Positions 1-15,777 of a DNA stretch of 64,000 bases are shown here, piece after piece. How positions within the stretch are numbered: the stretch's first letter is position 1; every line of letters begins with the position of its first letter. A model generated the notes under the pieces. It worked only from the letters and a program-made list of their open reading frames with translations, was not told the origin of the DNA and made no database searches. This stretch comes from the human T2T-CHM13v2.0 reference genome, Homo sapiens. Made by a program: the position numbers and the translations under genes. The stretch lies in NCBI RefSeq assembly GCF_009914755.1, contig NC_060929.1; one strand, given 5' to 3'.

Positions 1-171
1 GGTTTGGTTTGTTCTTGCTTCTCTAGTTCCTTGAGGCATAACCTTAGATTGTCTGTTTGTGCTCTTTCAGACTTTTTGATGTCACTGTTTAGGGCTATGA
101 ACTTTCCTCTTAGGACCACCTTTGCTGTATCCCAGAGGTTTTGATAGGTTATGTCACTATTGTGGTTCAGT

Positions 172-984
172 TCAAATAATTTTTAATTTCCATCTTGATT
201 TCATTTTGACCCAATGATCATTCAGGAGCATGTTATTTAATTTCCATGTATTTGCATGGTTTTGGAGGTTCTTTCTGGATTTGATTTTTAGATTTATTCC
301 ACTGTGGCCTGAAAGAGTGCTTGATATAATTTCAATTTTCCTGAATTTATTGAAGCTTGTTTTATGACCTATCATATGGTCTATCTTTGAAAGTTCCATG
401 TGCTTATGAATAAAATGTATGTTCTGTGGTTGTTGGGTAGAATGTTCTGTAAATATCTGTTATGCATTTGTTCCAGGGTATAGTGTAAATCCACTGTTTC
501 TTTGTTGACTTCTGTCTTGGTGACCTGTCTAGTGCTGTCAGTGGTGTATTGAAGTCCACCACTATTATTGTGTTGCTGTCTACCTCATTTCTTATGTCTA
601 TTAGTAATTGTTTTATAAATTTGGGAGCTCCAGTGTTAGGGCATATATATTTAGAATTGTGATGTTTTCCTTTTGGACAAGGCCTTTCATCATTATTTGT
701 CCCTATTTATCTTTTTTAACTGCTGTTGCTTTAATGTTTATTTTGTCTGAAATAAGAATAGCTACTTCTGCTCACTTTTGGTGTCCATTTGCATGGAAAG
801 TCTTTTTCCTCACCTTTACCTTAAATGTGTCTGAGTCCTTATGTGCTAGGTGGGTCTCTTGAAGGCAGCAGACAGTTGGTTGGTGAATTCTTATCCATTC
901 TGCAATTCTGTATCTTTTAAGTGAAGCATTTAGGTCATTTACATTCAATGTTACTATTGAGATGTGAGGTGCCATTCCATTCAT
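172..984 (-). pseudogene. Degraded L1 ORF2 endonuclease domain
   Basis: ORFs 772-984 and 172-399 carry APE-like endonuclease motifs; the frame is broken between them. Confidence 0.85.
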
Positions 985-1368
985 TGTGCTATTTGTTGCT
1001 TATATTCCTATTTAAAAATTGGTATTTTTGTTGTATAGGTCCTGTGAAATTTGTGCTTTAAAGAGGTTCCATTTTGATATGTTCCTAGGGTTTGTTTCAA
1101 GATTTAGAGCTCCTTTTAGCAGTTCTTGTAGTGCTGGCTTGATGGCGGCAAATTCTCTCAGCATTTGTTTGTCTGAAAAAGACTGTGTCTTTCGTTCATT
1201 TATGAAGCTTAGTTTTGCTGGATACAAAATTCTTGGCTGATAACTGTTTGGTTTAAGGAGGCTGAAAATAGGGCCCCGATCCCTTCTAGCTTGTAGGGTT
1301 TCTGCTGAGAAATCTGCTGTTAATCTGATAGGTTTTCCTTCATAGGCTACCTGGTGTTTTTGCTTAAG

Positions 1369-2437
1369 TATTGGGGAATCTGCCCCGATATTCACGTAGG
1401 TTCTTTTCTATTTTCCTTAAGCGTTGGCAAGCTTGAGAAATAAAGGGACAGAGTACAAAAGAGAGAAATTTTAAAGCTGGGCATCCAGGAGAGACATCAC
1501 ATGTCGGTAGGTTTTGTGATGCCCCACAAGCTGCAAAAATCAGCAAGTTTTTATTAGGGAGTGTCAAACGGGGAGGGAGTGCGCGAATAGGTGTGGGTCA
1601 CAGACATCAAGTACTTTACAAGGTAATAGAATATCACAAGGCAAGTGGAGGCAGGGTGAGATCACAGGACCACAGTATGGGGGTGAAATTAAAATTGCTA
1701 ATGAAGTTTCGGGCACCATTGTCATTGATAACATCTTATCAGGAGACAGGGTTTTGAGATCAACCGGTCTGACCAAAATTTATGAGGCGGGAATTTCCTC
1801 TTACTAATAAGCCTGGGAGTGCTATGGGAGACTGGAGTCTATTTCACCCCTGCAGTCTCAACCATAAGAGACGGACACACCCAGGGAGGCCAGTTCAGAG
1901 ACCCACCTCCAGGTGCGCATTCTCTTTCTCAAGGATGTTCCTTGCTGAGAAAAAGAATTCAGCAATATTTCTCCCATTTGCTTTTGAAAGAAGAGAAATA
2001 CAGCTCTGTTCCGCTCGGCTCACTGGCAGTCAGTGTTTAAGGTTATCTCTCTTGTTTCCTAAACATTGCTGTTGTCCTGTTCTTTTTTCAAGGTGCCCAG
2101 ATTTCATATTGCTCAAACACACATGCTGTACAATTTGTGTAGTTAATGCAATTATTACAGGGTCCTGAGGCGATATACATCCTCCTCAGCTGACAGGATT
2201 AAGAGATTAAAGGAAAGACAGGCATAGGAAATCACAAGGGTATTGAATGGGGAAGTGATAAGTGTCCATGAAATCTTTACAATTTATGTTTAGAGATTGC
2301 AGTAAAGACGGGCATAAGAAATTATAAAAGTATTAATTTGGGGAACTAATAAATGTCCATGAAATCTTCACAATCGACGTTCTTCTGCCATGGCTTCAGC
2401 TGGTCCCTCCATTTGCGGTCCCTGACTTCCGGCAACA
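1369..2437 (-). mobile_element. MER11 (probably MER11C) solo LTR of HERV-K(HML-8)
   Basis: Minus strand starts TGTTGCCGGAAGTCAGGGACC...GAAGCCATGGCAGAAGAACG; length 1069 bp; perfect 6-bp TSD CTTAAG at 1363-1368 and 2438-2443; L1 ORF1 resumes on both sides. Confidence 0.93.
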
Positions 2438-2677
2438 CTTAAGATTCTTTTCTTTGTCTTAACTTTAGATAACCTGACGACAATGTGCCTAGGTGATGAT
2501 CTTTTTCTGATGAATTTCCCAGGTGTTGTTTGAGCTTCTTGTATTTGGATGTTTAGGTCTCTAGCAAGACCAGGGAAGTTTCCCTTGATTATTTCCCCAA
2601 GTACATTTTCAAAACTGTTAGATTTCTCTTCTTCCTCAGGAACACTGATTATTCTTAGGTTTGGTCATTTAAGATAA

Positions 2678-3024
<347 letters not shown>

Positions 3025-5412
3025 TTATTCTTTTTTCTTTGTCTTTGTTGAATTGGGCTAATGCTAAAACCTTGTCTTCAAGCTCTGAAGTTCTTTTTTC
3101 TGCTTGTTCAATTCTATTGCTGAGACTCTCCAGAACGTTTTGCATTTCTATAAGTGCGTCCATTGTTTCCTGATGTTTTGATTGTTTTTTATTTATGCTA
3201 TCTATTTCACTGAAAATTTCTCTCCTCATTTCTTGTCTTTTTTTGACCTCCTTAAATTGGACTTTGTCTTTTTTCTGGTGCCTCCCTGATTAACTTAGTA
3301 ACTAACCCTCTGAATTCTTTCTCAGGTAAATAAGAGATTTTTTTTCTTGGTTTTGATCCATTTCTGGTAAGCTAGTGTGATTTTTGGGGGGTGTCAAAGA
3401 ACCTCGATTTGTCATATTACCAGAGTTGGTTTTCTGGTTCCTTCACATTTGGGTAGCCTCTGTCAGAGGGAAAGTCTAGGGCTCAAGGTTGTTGTTTAGA
3501 TTTTTTTTTTTTATCCCACAGGGCATTCTCTTGATGTAGTACTCTCCCTTTTTTCCTAGGGTTGTATGTTCCTGAGAGTTGAGCGGTAGTGATTGTTATC
3601 TCTCTTCTGGATCTAGCCACACAGCAAGTCTACTGGGCTCTGGGATGGTACTGGGGGTTGTCTGCGCAGAGTCCTGTGATGTGAACCCTCTGTGCATCTC
3701 TCAGCCATGGATACCAGTACCTGCTCTGGTGGAAGTGGCAGGGGGGTGAAATGACTCTGTAAGCATTCTTAGCTTTGGTTGTTTAATGCACTACTTTTGT
3801 GCTGGTTGGCTTCCTGCTGGGAAGTGATGCTTTCCAGAAAGTATTGGCTATGGTAGTATAAGGAGGATCAGGCAGCATGCAGGGCCCAAGAACTCCCAAG
3901 AGTGTTATGCCCTTTGTCTTCCAGCTACCAGGGTGTGTAGGGAAGGACCATTAGGTGGGGGCAGGGCTAGGCATGTCTGAGCTCAGACTCCTTGGGCAGG
4001 TCTTGCTGTGGCTCCTGTGGGGGATGGGGGTGTGGTTCCCAGGTCAATGGCGTTATGTTTTTAGGAGGATTATGGTTGCCTCTACTGTGTCATGCAGGTT
4101 GTCAGGAAAGTGTGGGAAAGCCAGCAGTCACAGGCCTCATCTAGCTCCCATGCAACCCACAGAGCCAGTCACACTCCCACCATGTCCCCTCCCAATAGTG
4201 TGGAGTCTGTTTCCAGGCAGTGGGCAAGTACGGTTTAGAACTTGTCCCACCACCTCCCAGTTGTGAAGTAGGGCTTTTGTGCTTTCCTCACCTGTGCAGT
4301 CTGCACACAGGATTCATGCCCTCCCACAAGTTCTGGCCAGGAGACTTACTGATCAGTTAAAATGTTTACAAAGTTCAGCTAAATGTTTCCTTCTCCCTAT
4401 GGCCTTTTCCAGTGCCTCTGGCAGCCCTCCCCAAGGACCCCTGTGAGGCAAGGTGGAAATGGCTTGCTAGGGGACCCAGTGAGCTCACAGGGCTTTTCCT
4501 GCTGCTTCCTCTACTGCTGTGTTTCACTTGGCTCTCTAAATTGACTCAGCTGAAGGTAAGGCCAGAATCTTTTCCTGTGATCTAGACCTTCAGGTTCCTC
4601 TGTGAGGGTGTGTGTTTGGGAGGCAGATGATCCCTCTTTTCCACTTCCACAGTTTGGGCACTCGCAGTATATGGAGTGTCTTCTGAGTCCTGCAGGAGTA
4701 ATCTGCCTCCTTCAGAGGGTCTGTGAGTTCTCCTGGCTTTCCTGAATTATTCCTGCAGCCTTTCTGGAGCAAAAGTTCATGATGTGAGCCTCCACAGGCT
4801 GCCCTGTCTGTCCGAGTGAGAGCTGCAATCTAGTCCTGTCTTCCATCCACCATGATCTGCCTCCCCTGTAAAAATCTAAATAATACAGAAACACACAGAG
4901 TAAAAATTAACATCTCTCTTTGATTCCCCACATGTGAAAATTTTAATATATGTGTATCGTCCTGCGTTTCATCCTTATGAAAATAACAAAAATAAGCTTT
5001 AATTAGGTGACTCAGTTCTAGTCAACAATGAAAGCCCACAGCATGTGTGTGCAAGCATGCAGACATTTGGGAAGTGAAGCAGGATGAGGGTGTAGGGATG
5101 TATGTGTTGTCGCATTTGTCTTCAATGGGCTCATATAGGTTGTTCTAGAGTTGCCTCCATTAGATAGAGATAAAATATAAATGGGATCACAAATAATAGT
5201 AATAATGTCAAAATGTATAATTTGAGAAAATATTATATAATTTGGTAAAGAATAAGCCTATCAATGAATGCTTCATGAAGAAAGTGGAATTTTAGGTGAG
5301 CCTTGAAAGCTAAGTCAAATTCAGAGAAGTAAAGGAAAGAAAGAAAAACCCAGAGATTAATTTTAATTTGCACACTACATTCTCCCCAACAGGATTCTAC
5401 TGTGGTTTATAA

Positions 5413-5583
5413 TAGGGTAAACTACTTAACCTCCTTATGCCTTATTCAGTTTTCTCTTTGATAAAATGGGACAATAAAAACAGAACCAACTTCACAGAGT
5501 TATTGTGAAGATTAAGTGAAATGCTATATCTAAATAACTTAGAACGGTATATGAAATACAGTAAGATCCAGTCAATGTTTATT
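5413..5583 (+). mobile_element. MIR
   Basis: MIR core: acttaacctc...cagttttctc...taaaatggga...ttattgtgaagattaagtga. Confidence 0.75.
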
Positions 5584-5767
5584 ACCTGGACTTCTATTAT
5601 ACAGCAAGAGTAAAGCATTTATTCATAAATCTGTGTCCATTTATGAACTGCAGATACCTGCCACATAAAACTCTGCAAGAGTTTCATTCTTTCCTGTCCC
5701 CCAGCAATGAGAAAAATGGAACCCAGCTTAGTTTAATCAGGCATATCCCTCAGAGACTATTTCTTAG

Positions 5768-6042
5768 GGGTGGTACCTTCTTAAACAATCTGTGATGAAG
5801 CACCTGATTTTAAAAATTTTCAGTCCATTGTAGACTAACACTGTTATAAAATATAATAAAAATAAATACTAGAAAAGTAAAGTAGAAAAGACATTTAAAA
5901 GTACTAATTTTTTATTGTTTGGTTCAATAGGCACAAAATTTCTCTGTCAAATTGCTGTATAGATTTCTGAATTCCCATCCTCCATTTCTGAACTTACCTT
6001 GCTTTAGATAGTAACAGTCAGTGGACCACCCTTGGCGTAGCA
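5768..6042. mobile_element. hAT-Charlie-type DNA transposon remnant (MER119-like)
   Basis: Ends resemble hAT termini (cttcttaaacaatctgtgatgaag ... gtggaccacccttggcgtagca); AT-rich interior. Confidence 0.45.
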
Positions 6043-7061
6043 ACATTCCAGGGCACTGGACCTGTACTTCCAGAGTTGCCTCCATTAGATGGAGAGCCAC
6101 ATTCCAACCCATGGCATTGTTTGAGTATATTTGCCATTTGGTGCACAAATGAATAGTAGTACCCTCTTGCCTCCACCTTCTCCTCTGACTCTTTCCTTGG
6201 CTTTTATTTCTGCTAGCTGCAGCCCAGTGCATATGAATATAAAGCTGGCTGCTGACAGTTGAAGAAAGTACAAATCACAGTCAAGATAACTTACTATTTT
6301 GAAGAACATGAGACAGGGTTTCTTACTACCACTTACTTCTCCTTGTCATTGAACGTGGACATGTCCTGAACGTCTCAACATGTCCTGAATTCTCTTAGCT
6401 TAGAAGGCCATGACTTTCAGAATTCAGAGTTTAGAGACATTGCAACTGATTATCAGAACTCGATGCTGCTTACACAGACCTTTAACCCCCATAGGAGTTG
6501 GATGTCAACCTCCTCCCTGCTCTGGCCTGAGACACCTGAGCTGACCACCTGTTGGGATTGGACCCAGTCCTTCCTCCTGCCTCATCCCCATCCCCAGCTC
6601 TATTCACATGCCTTGCCTGGTATCATGGTTGCCTTTGTTTCTAGCCCTGACAAGCTTTTATTCAGATGTGTTAATTAAAACAATAAACCTTGCTGTTCCC
6701 ATTTTCCAATTGCAAAAGTGTTCTTGAATCAAGGGTGACTCAAGGAGTTCATGATTACTTCTAATGAGCAGACCACAAAAATCAATCAGTCCCTTTGTAG
6801 AGAAACAACACTCGAGTGCAGTCACCTATAATGTGAACAAGGAAACATTTCTTTAACAAGAAAAACATTAATGATAAAAAAAGAGTGGGAGTGGTGGAGC
6901 TTCAGATCAGCAAGGAGGGTAGAAGTGACTCCAGAGGTGGCAGATTCTGCTAATTAAAATCTGCCCTAAAATGAACTACTTACCAAGACATTTTAGCCTG
7001 AATTTTAAAACAAAGACCCAATATTGTCTTGGTGTCTTTATTCTTTTTGCCTTTTCTTCAT

Positions 7062-7760
7062 CTAAACTTATTTAAAGCTATTTCTATTGTAAAATAAGAC
7101 ACACATACAGACAGTGCATAAAATATATATGTTTGGTTTAAATTATTATAAAGCAAGCTGCATGTAATTGCTTTCTCAGGCCAAGAAATTGAATGTTGCC
7201 AGAACCCCAGGAACCACCCAGCCTCTTCCCATATGACCACTTCCCCACACTCTCCACCTTCCTTACTTCTATGGTAAGCACTTATTTGCTTTACCTTATA
7301 ATTTTATCCTTTAGGAATGAATCTCTAAACATTATAGTTGAGTTCTCTCTGTGAGGTTTAAATAAACTGAATCTTACAACATGCATTCTATGTGTCTGGC
7401 TTCTTTAACGCAACATTCATCCATATTGTTGCATGTAACTGGTTTCATTTGTTTGTTGTTGTTGCTGTGTGGTATTCCATTGAATTAATATACCCCAATT
7501 ATGTACCTGCTCTTGTTGATAGACTTTTGGGTTGTTTTCAGTTTAGTGCTATTACAAATACTGCTGCTATGAACATGCTTGTACATTTATTCTGATGCAC
7601 ATGTGCACACGTTTATTTTGGGCATATACTCAGGACTAGAATCGCTGGATCATATAATATGCAAATCTTTAACTTTAGTATATAATGCCAATGGTTTTCC
7701 ACAGTGGTTGTCCTAATCTGCATTCTCGCCAACAGTATATGACAATTTTCCACTTAACTT
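7062..7760 (-). mobile_element. Old L1M (L1ME-like) 3' fragment
   Basis: Typical reverse L1M 3' text: ttcatccatattgttgcatgta, gtattccattg, gctgctatgaacatgcttgtaca. Confidence 0.8.
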
Positions 7761-7859
7761 TTAAGAGAGGAAAGAAGGCTTTTCATTGTGTTAAAATATA
7801 TTTAACTACATGAAATCCATACATTTAGAGTTTCATGGACTAAGCTCCTATAGGTGGTC

Positions 7860-8107
7860 TGAGTGGTGTGCTCAGCAAGTGCTCTTACTCTGGACTCTAA
7901 TAGACCTGGATTCGAGTCCTGGCCCTGCCACTTATTCACTATATGCCATTAGACAAGACAGATAACATTTTAAATTCTGCTTTCTTGTTTGTAAAACAAG
8001 GGTAACCATAATACAAAATTCACACAATTGTGTTAATTTAGTAACACATTCAAAATGCCTAGTACATTGTCTGGCATGTTGGAAACCTAAATATAATAGG
8101 TGCTATT
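7860..8107 (+). mobile_element. MIR
   Basis: agacctggattcgagtcctggccctgccactta...gtaaaacaaggg; ends in an (ATT)n tract. Confidence 0.8.
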
Positions 8108-9239
8108 ACATTATTATTATTATTATTACTATTACTATTTGCACTCAGGATTTCCTTTCTAACCACAGCGGCGAGAAAGATTGGGAGGCAAAAGTTAACC
8201 TTGGCCATCTGTACATGCATATTTTTCAGTAACCTCCAACCTCAGGAAATAGTCTTAGAAAAGGATAATCAAGAGGATATTTACAAACCAGAACTCAGTT
8301 TTGTTTAAGTGGCATCAGCCAGATGAGCAACACTTGTCAAGAGTGTTTTCCTAGTCACCCTGACAGTTCTATACCTCCTGGCACCTCAGAGAAAAAATAA
8401 TTGGAACCCTGAGCTCTCCACCACCACCTGTCCAGGGAGCCCAAGTGCTCTGCTCCCTCATTCCAGGAGCAGCCACCTGGCATGTCCCTGACTCCTGAGA
8501 CTGCAGCTGCAGGAGCAACATGGAAGCCATTTGGGCCCTCTGCTTACCGTCGCTCTGGGATGCAGCTGCCAGGAGCTGTTCCCAGAGGACTGTGGTGGCT
8601 AGTAGCCAGCAACACTGAGAAATAAAAGTCACAGAATCCAGGATACAAGGTAGAAATTACTGTAAAATGCCCTACAGTGAGTGAGCGGGAAGGCCACCAG
8701 TGCAGTTCTGTGCTGAGTGTGACTGATCTCTCAGCATCTTCTCTCTAGCACCTGCTCCTTTTGTCCACTCTTCCAGGAAGATGCCCAACAGGCATTAGGA
8801 AGATTGCCTGTTCTAGAAACAGGGCTCTGACGGTCCTCTAAATAAAAGACCCATTTAGATTCCAAGGTGCAGGCCCTGGGCTAAAACTCCTAGAGGATTG
8901 TGAGGTATGACACCTAATGGGCAGGGGGCAGAAGTGAGGCAGGTTCTTTGTCTGCAAGGAGATGTCCAGGCCTGCTTTTGATAGGGGAAGGAGGTTCAGA
9001 GTGGATTATGGGGTCTGATTTTCAGGATTGATTTGGTGAGGCCACTTATTCAGTGATATCATTGTCCTTTCAAGGTCAAGCTTTCTTACTTGTGACTTTT
9101 TTCTTTGAGAGGAGTGATGTATTAGAAAAGACTTAAAAGTCTACCGGCTAGGGACCTGGAGTCTGGGTTAATCACACACATGTGTATATTTGTTATTCTA
9201 AATAGGCTAAATTGATTCTTGTACCAGAGAAAACCTGTT

Positions 9240-9690
9240 CTAATAAAGCTTGAAATCATTCTAGATTACTCATTATTTCCATGCTGTGCATCACGTTTTC
9301 CCCACTCTAGTCAATTTCTCTTTAAAATGCTTCCCACCTATGTTTCTCCTCCTTCTTACTTTGTCTTATTACAATCATTCCTTTGTCATTGCAAATATCT
9401 CTCATTCTAATCAATTCTTCATAGACCTGTCAACTTAATATTATTCAAATAATGTTTTCATCATATCCTTTCCTGCTCAAAAAGGTTCCCAGTTGCCTCA
9501 TAGGTAATACCAAAATTCCTCAGCCTGGAGCTCAAGGCCCTTCCTTATCCATTATTTTTTAATTCTCATTTCCCACTATTTTTCCAATGAATCCTGTTAG
9601 GACTCATTGTCCCTGTAACATGCTACCCCCTCTGCTCTTCCATGGCTCACCCTCTGACACAACTTGCTTTCTTCCCTTCTTCTTCCATCT
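9240..9690 (+). mobile_element. L2 fragments
   Basis: cctgctcaaaaaggttcccagttgcctcatagg...aaaattcctcagcctgg...caaggcccttc is typical L2 3' region. Confidence 0.55.
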
Positions 9691-9738
9691 TGCCTAGTAT
9701 TGCCAATGTGTGGTGTGTGTACCTCTGGTATAACATAA

Positions 9739-10065
<327 letters not shown>

Positions 10066-10254
10066 GACCAAACTTTTTTAAAGGAAATTTTAATATGTAG
10101 GGTCTTAGTCAATATATAGTGGAGAATTTAAAAAGTCACATCACACCCATGACTTCATAGATATCACTGCTCAGAATGGGCTAGAGTAGAAAACGCTGCA
10201 TTATCCCACTTTTACAAAGTATAAAATTATAGTCTTCCACATTATCAGGATATA

Positions 10255-10640
10255 AATGGAGTGGCCCCATACCCTGGCCAGATAGATTGGCTCAAGAATG
10301 GGCATTTGGTTTGATTCAGTCCAAAGAGGAAAGGTCTACTAGAGAATTGAGAAAGACGTTTAATCACTCTTAAGAGCCATTAGAAAGGATATCCTCTCCT
10401 CTCTTTTTCTGGATGTAGAAGCTGCAGATACAAAGACTGAAACTGCTATAGTTACTTTGGTACCATAAAAGAAGGCAGCCTGAGGACCAAGTCAGCCCAC
10501 AACACCGAGTTGAGACATGTTCAGAGAGCTCTATATTAAACCAGATTAAACCAATTCTAGTTGGACTTTCCGTTCCATGAGCCAAGGCATTTTCCTACTG
10601 TTGAAGCCAGTTCAAGTTAGTTTATCCGCCACTTCAGTCT
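10255..10640 (+). mobile_element. MLT1 (MaLR) LTR, old subfamily
   Basis: gattggctcaagaatgggcat...ggactttccgttccatgagccaa...aagccagttcaagttag; MLT1J/K-like 3' end. Confidence 0.6.
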
Positions 10641-12489
10641 AAAGCATCATGGCTGCTTCAGTTTGGATGATATGAGTTGCTAACATAAATCCATGCTTCC
10701 CACATTTTTTTTTTACCTGATGTTCATAGTAGAAAAATGGTAGTAGTTGTAACACAGTGGTGTAAATGGATAATATTGCTTGTGATCAAAGGTGAAGCAC
10801 TCTGGGGCCTTTGGCTGCATCAGCTTCACAGAAAGCTGGGGGTCAGTATCTCAGAACTTGTAATCCACTTGTGGTAAGTGTGAGAGCCCAGTGACTGGGA
10901 GGCTCTGCTTTAGAAAATCCATGTCTATGGTTCTTTCTTTTCAGAAATGTGTAAAAACATCACTTGTGGAAGCAGTAACTCATTTAGTAGGTTAAGTATA
11001 AATATGTTAGAGTTCGGCTTTTGCTCTTTGTTTTTCTCTTACATTGGGCCCATTCAAGAGCAATGGTTAAAAATAAGAGTTTTACAATGTAAAAGTGAGC
11101 TGTGTTGGAAATGTGAGCACTAGTAGTGAATGGCATTCTAATGGTTGCATGAGAAGTTAAATGTACTGATCACTATGCTCTGGCATGCTTTATGAAAAGG
11201 TGGGCAAACACTAAAACGATTTCTATTTTATTCAGATGCCCCTGGCTTCAGATAGAAAGGCCCTGAACATCTACTGGGGTTTTGAGAAGAATATCAACAC
11301 TTTCCTAAGAGAATTTTCTATCTGTAAGATCATATACTTGATTGGAAATGGCTTTGCTAACTGGTATATTTTTATTCATTTGATCAACTTAAATATACCC
11401 TTACAAAAGAAGTTTATACCAATACATCAAGCGTACAACAAAGTGAACACAGTGACTGCAAACCAGATCTGTAGGCCTCATGCCTCAAATAATGAAAATT
11501 GTGATTTTTTTTCATTGTGCAAACAACTTGATTATTAACTCTGATGAATATCCGCTAAAAATATTTTGAATATTATGAAAAGCAGTTGGAAAAACTTGAT
11601 ATGTATTCTTTGAAATTATTTTTCCAAATGGAGTAAATGGATTAAAATAAAAGAAAGAAAAACCAAAAATATTTTCCCTTAAGGACATTAGCAGATAATA
11701 TTAATATATTCAGAAAAAGTTTGAAGCTTGCTTCAGTTTTTGAAATAAATATTTATCAGAAAAAACTTCCTATTTTATTTTGATTCAAAATTAATTATCA
11801 GGATTCAGTTCTTTCAGAGAATATAGTGATTTTTTTTTCTATTCTCATTCTATGCTCTTGTCAGTTGGAATTCAGTGAAATCATAACTAATCACTGAAAC
11901 TATTTTATAAAAATTTCTTTTCATCTGAAACTAAGTGACTGAGCCTATTATACGCTTTATTCTTGATTGACTTTATTCTTTTCTGTTAGAAATTATATTT
12001 AGGTATGCATTTCTACAAATTGATTACACCGAATATTGCTCATTTTACTACTTAACTTTTAGTTTGGATTTAATTTTTAAATTCAATAATGTTATTTTGC
12101 TCTATTTGTACTATAGGTTTGTATTATAGTTTGTCTAATGACAGTAGTAATATAATATTTTATTCATGAATGCATGTTAATAAAAATGTATATTATATAC
12201 ATAAGTATATAATAGTATGTGTGTTGTTCACACATGGCCCCAGTTGGTCATGTGGATAACTGAGGCTTTGGAAACACGGCTCTAGTTGAGATATACTTCA
12301 TTCAAGGCCAAGATACATTTTTCTTCCTTTAGGAAGCCTTCCCTGACAAGTCAAACCAGCATCCAGTTCTCCTTCTTTTTAGGACTCTTAATTGTGTTTA
12401 TCTTTTTTGTTTATCAGTCTTAAAAAGCTCTTGGTTTTACTCTTTTCGTTAATTGACAGACACTTCACTTACAGTGTTGACCTGTGTGC

Positions 12490-13754
<1,265 letters not shown>

Positions 13755-14524
13755 AAATAAAGAAAGAAGTGGATGACTCATCAACAATCGGTGCTACTGG
13801 GAGGTGTGGAGAGAGGGAAGGTATTGATAGTGGTCAGGAGTTAAGTTGGCATACAGGCTACACCACACAAGAACTAGTGTCTATTCTCAGCTGGCCCGTG
13901 GAGAGTCATATATTGGAAGAGGATGTGAACTGCTCACAAGACCAGCAGTTTTGCAATCTGCTGTTACTTGGGGTGGGAATATCTATAATCCTTTTCTTCT
14001 TTACCTCCCAGCACCAATCTCTTAATCCCCAGAGCTGGTCATCTAGCATCCTATGAGCAATTAGAAACCCACTGGTAGCCTTGTGCAATTGTGGGGTACA
14101 AGGATGATGCCCATGGAAGAGGCCACAGAATAGTCTAAGCCTTCTGGGAAAGATTCCTTATGTTTCTTGTCAGTGAACATTGTTTCCTTCTCTTGATTTC
14201 CATAAGCTCTTTCCATGTGGGTTTTATTACACAAAACATTTCATTAAATTGGACATCTTTTCACTACCTCTTCTTTGACTTTAGTTTGTTTTTACTGATT
14301 TGGAAATCTAAATATCTTGTTAATTAAACTGAAAATGTCCCCCCGCCCCCAGGCAAGTAGAACCAATCCCAATCATTGCAGTGGCTACATCTGCATAGAG
14401 ATCACTGTGTAGGGTTAGCAGAATGCTTAACCTCAAATTCACTATCCTAGAGAGGTAGCATGAGGGCATGCTAGGCTGGAAAGCCAAGGTCAGATACCTG
14501 GGGCCATGTCATGGGTTTCCACAG

Positions 14525-14700
14525 CATTTTAGAATAGGAGAGCCCTCAGAGAATGTCTAACAGTTTTGATTAACCCATTGGTTACCAATGGGAGAACATT
14601 GTTACCAATGAGAACAATGAGGCCCAGAAACAGAGTGAGGTTTGCTTGAAGCACACAGCTCATTAGTGACAGAACTACGACTGCAAATCATGTCTCCTTC
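14525..14700 (-). mobile_element. MIR/MIR3
   Basis: gaggcccagaaacagagtgaggtttgcttgaagcacacagctcattagtgacagaac. Confidence 0.65.
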
Positions 14701-15085
14701 TCCTACCTCCACAAAATAATGCAATATATATGTATGGGTAAAGCCATGAGCTGCATTTATTTAGAAGGTGGTGGTGAGAAAGAATATAAGGCATACCTGG
14801 GAGAAATTTGTCATGTCTTTCAGCTACAGAGAAAATTCACTCCAGAAAATAGTTGTGGTCTCAAATAGCTGTGAATGAGTTCAGGATTCCTGGGGAATAG
14901 AATATTTAAAGAAACCTCATTTAGAATCCTTTTGTACACATAAATATTTTTTGGAATATATATAATTGCTTTCCATAAATTTTAGAGTATTTACATCTAG
15001 GTTGTTTCATATGCAACCATCACATAGTCAGAAAAACCTAACTTGGAGAGGCCATGGCTCTCCAGAGAAAATGCTATTTGGGGCT

Positions 15086-15420
15086 GTATTATTAAAGGTA
15101 GATGACATTGGCTGCTGCAACTGAAAACCCTGAATTCTCAGACACTTTACACAAGACAATTTATTTTCTTCTTGTGTCTTAGTTAGATATGGGGTAAGGA
15201 GAGCTGGTCATCTAGTGGCCCAGGTTCTACTCTCCTCTGCGTCCAAGGAGTTCTCTCTAGTCTACTAGCCAATGGAGAACAGAGAGACACACAGTTGGAA
15301 GTAAGGGTTGGGTCAAGAGTTGACACATCACTTCCACTCATTTTCTAATGGCCAACACTTACCCTCCTGGCCAGCTAACTTCATATCCAGCTTTATGCCA
15401 AAAAAGTGAGGCATTCATGG
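15086..15420 (-). mobile_element. MLT1 (MaLR) LTR remnant
   Basis: ttggctgctgcaactgaaaaccctgaattctcag...cacatcacttccactcattttctaatggcca. Confidence 0.55.
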
Positions 15421-15777
15421 ATGTTGGTGAGCACAAGCTTTCTCTACTCAGGTTTCACCAAAAGGCACCTGCATGGCAAAACTTTCCCAACTCCAGCAGG
15501 GCCCTGTGCTGGAGGAGTCAGAGCCCATGGCATGTATCATTATGATAATTCTCTAGAGACCATGACATCCTGTTCCAGGCTTCCACTACAATAGGGCAGG
15601 ACCTGGATTCAACAGGAACACAGCCGGTTCCTCTCTGGAAAATCTCGGCTTCTGGTATGGCACAGCTTTTGAGCACTGAGTTGCACCTTTCCAACTGCAA
15701 TTAAAGTTATTAGGTGTTTGGCATGAGGAATGTGAGAACCCAACCTGTCTGCAGAGTATAAAACATTAGAATAAGGT

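Noticed and set aside
8369-8650. GC-richer block with an 87-aa ORF, possible exon
   Set aside because: No recognisable protein similarity and no convincing acceptor/donor pair.
11300-12290. Very AT-rich block ending in a hAT-like terminus (tttggaaacacggctctag)
   Set aside because: Probably a decayed Charlie-type transposon, but I cannot support family or boundaries.
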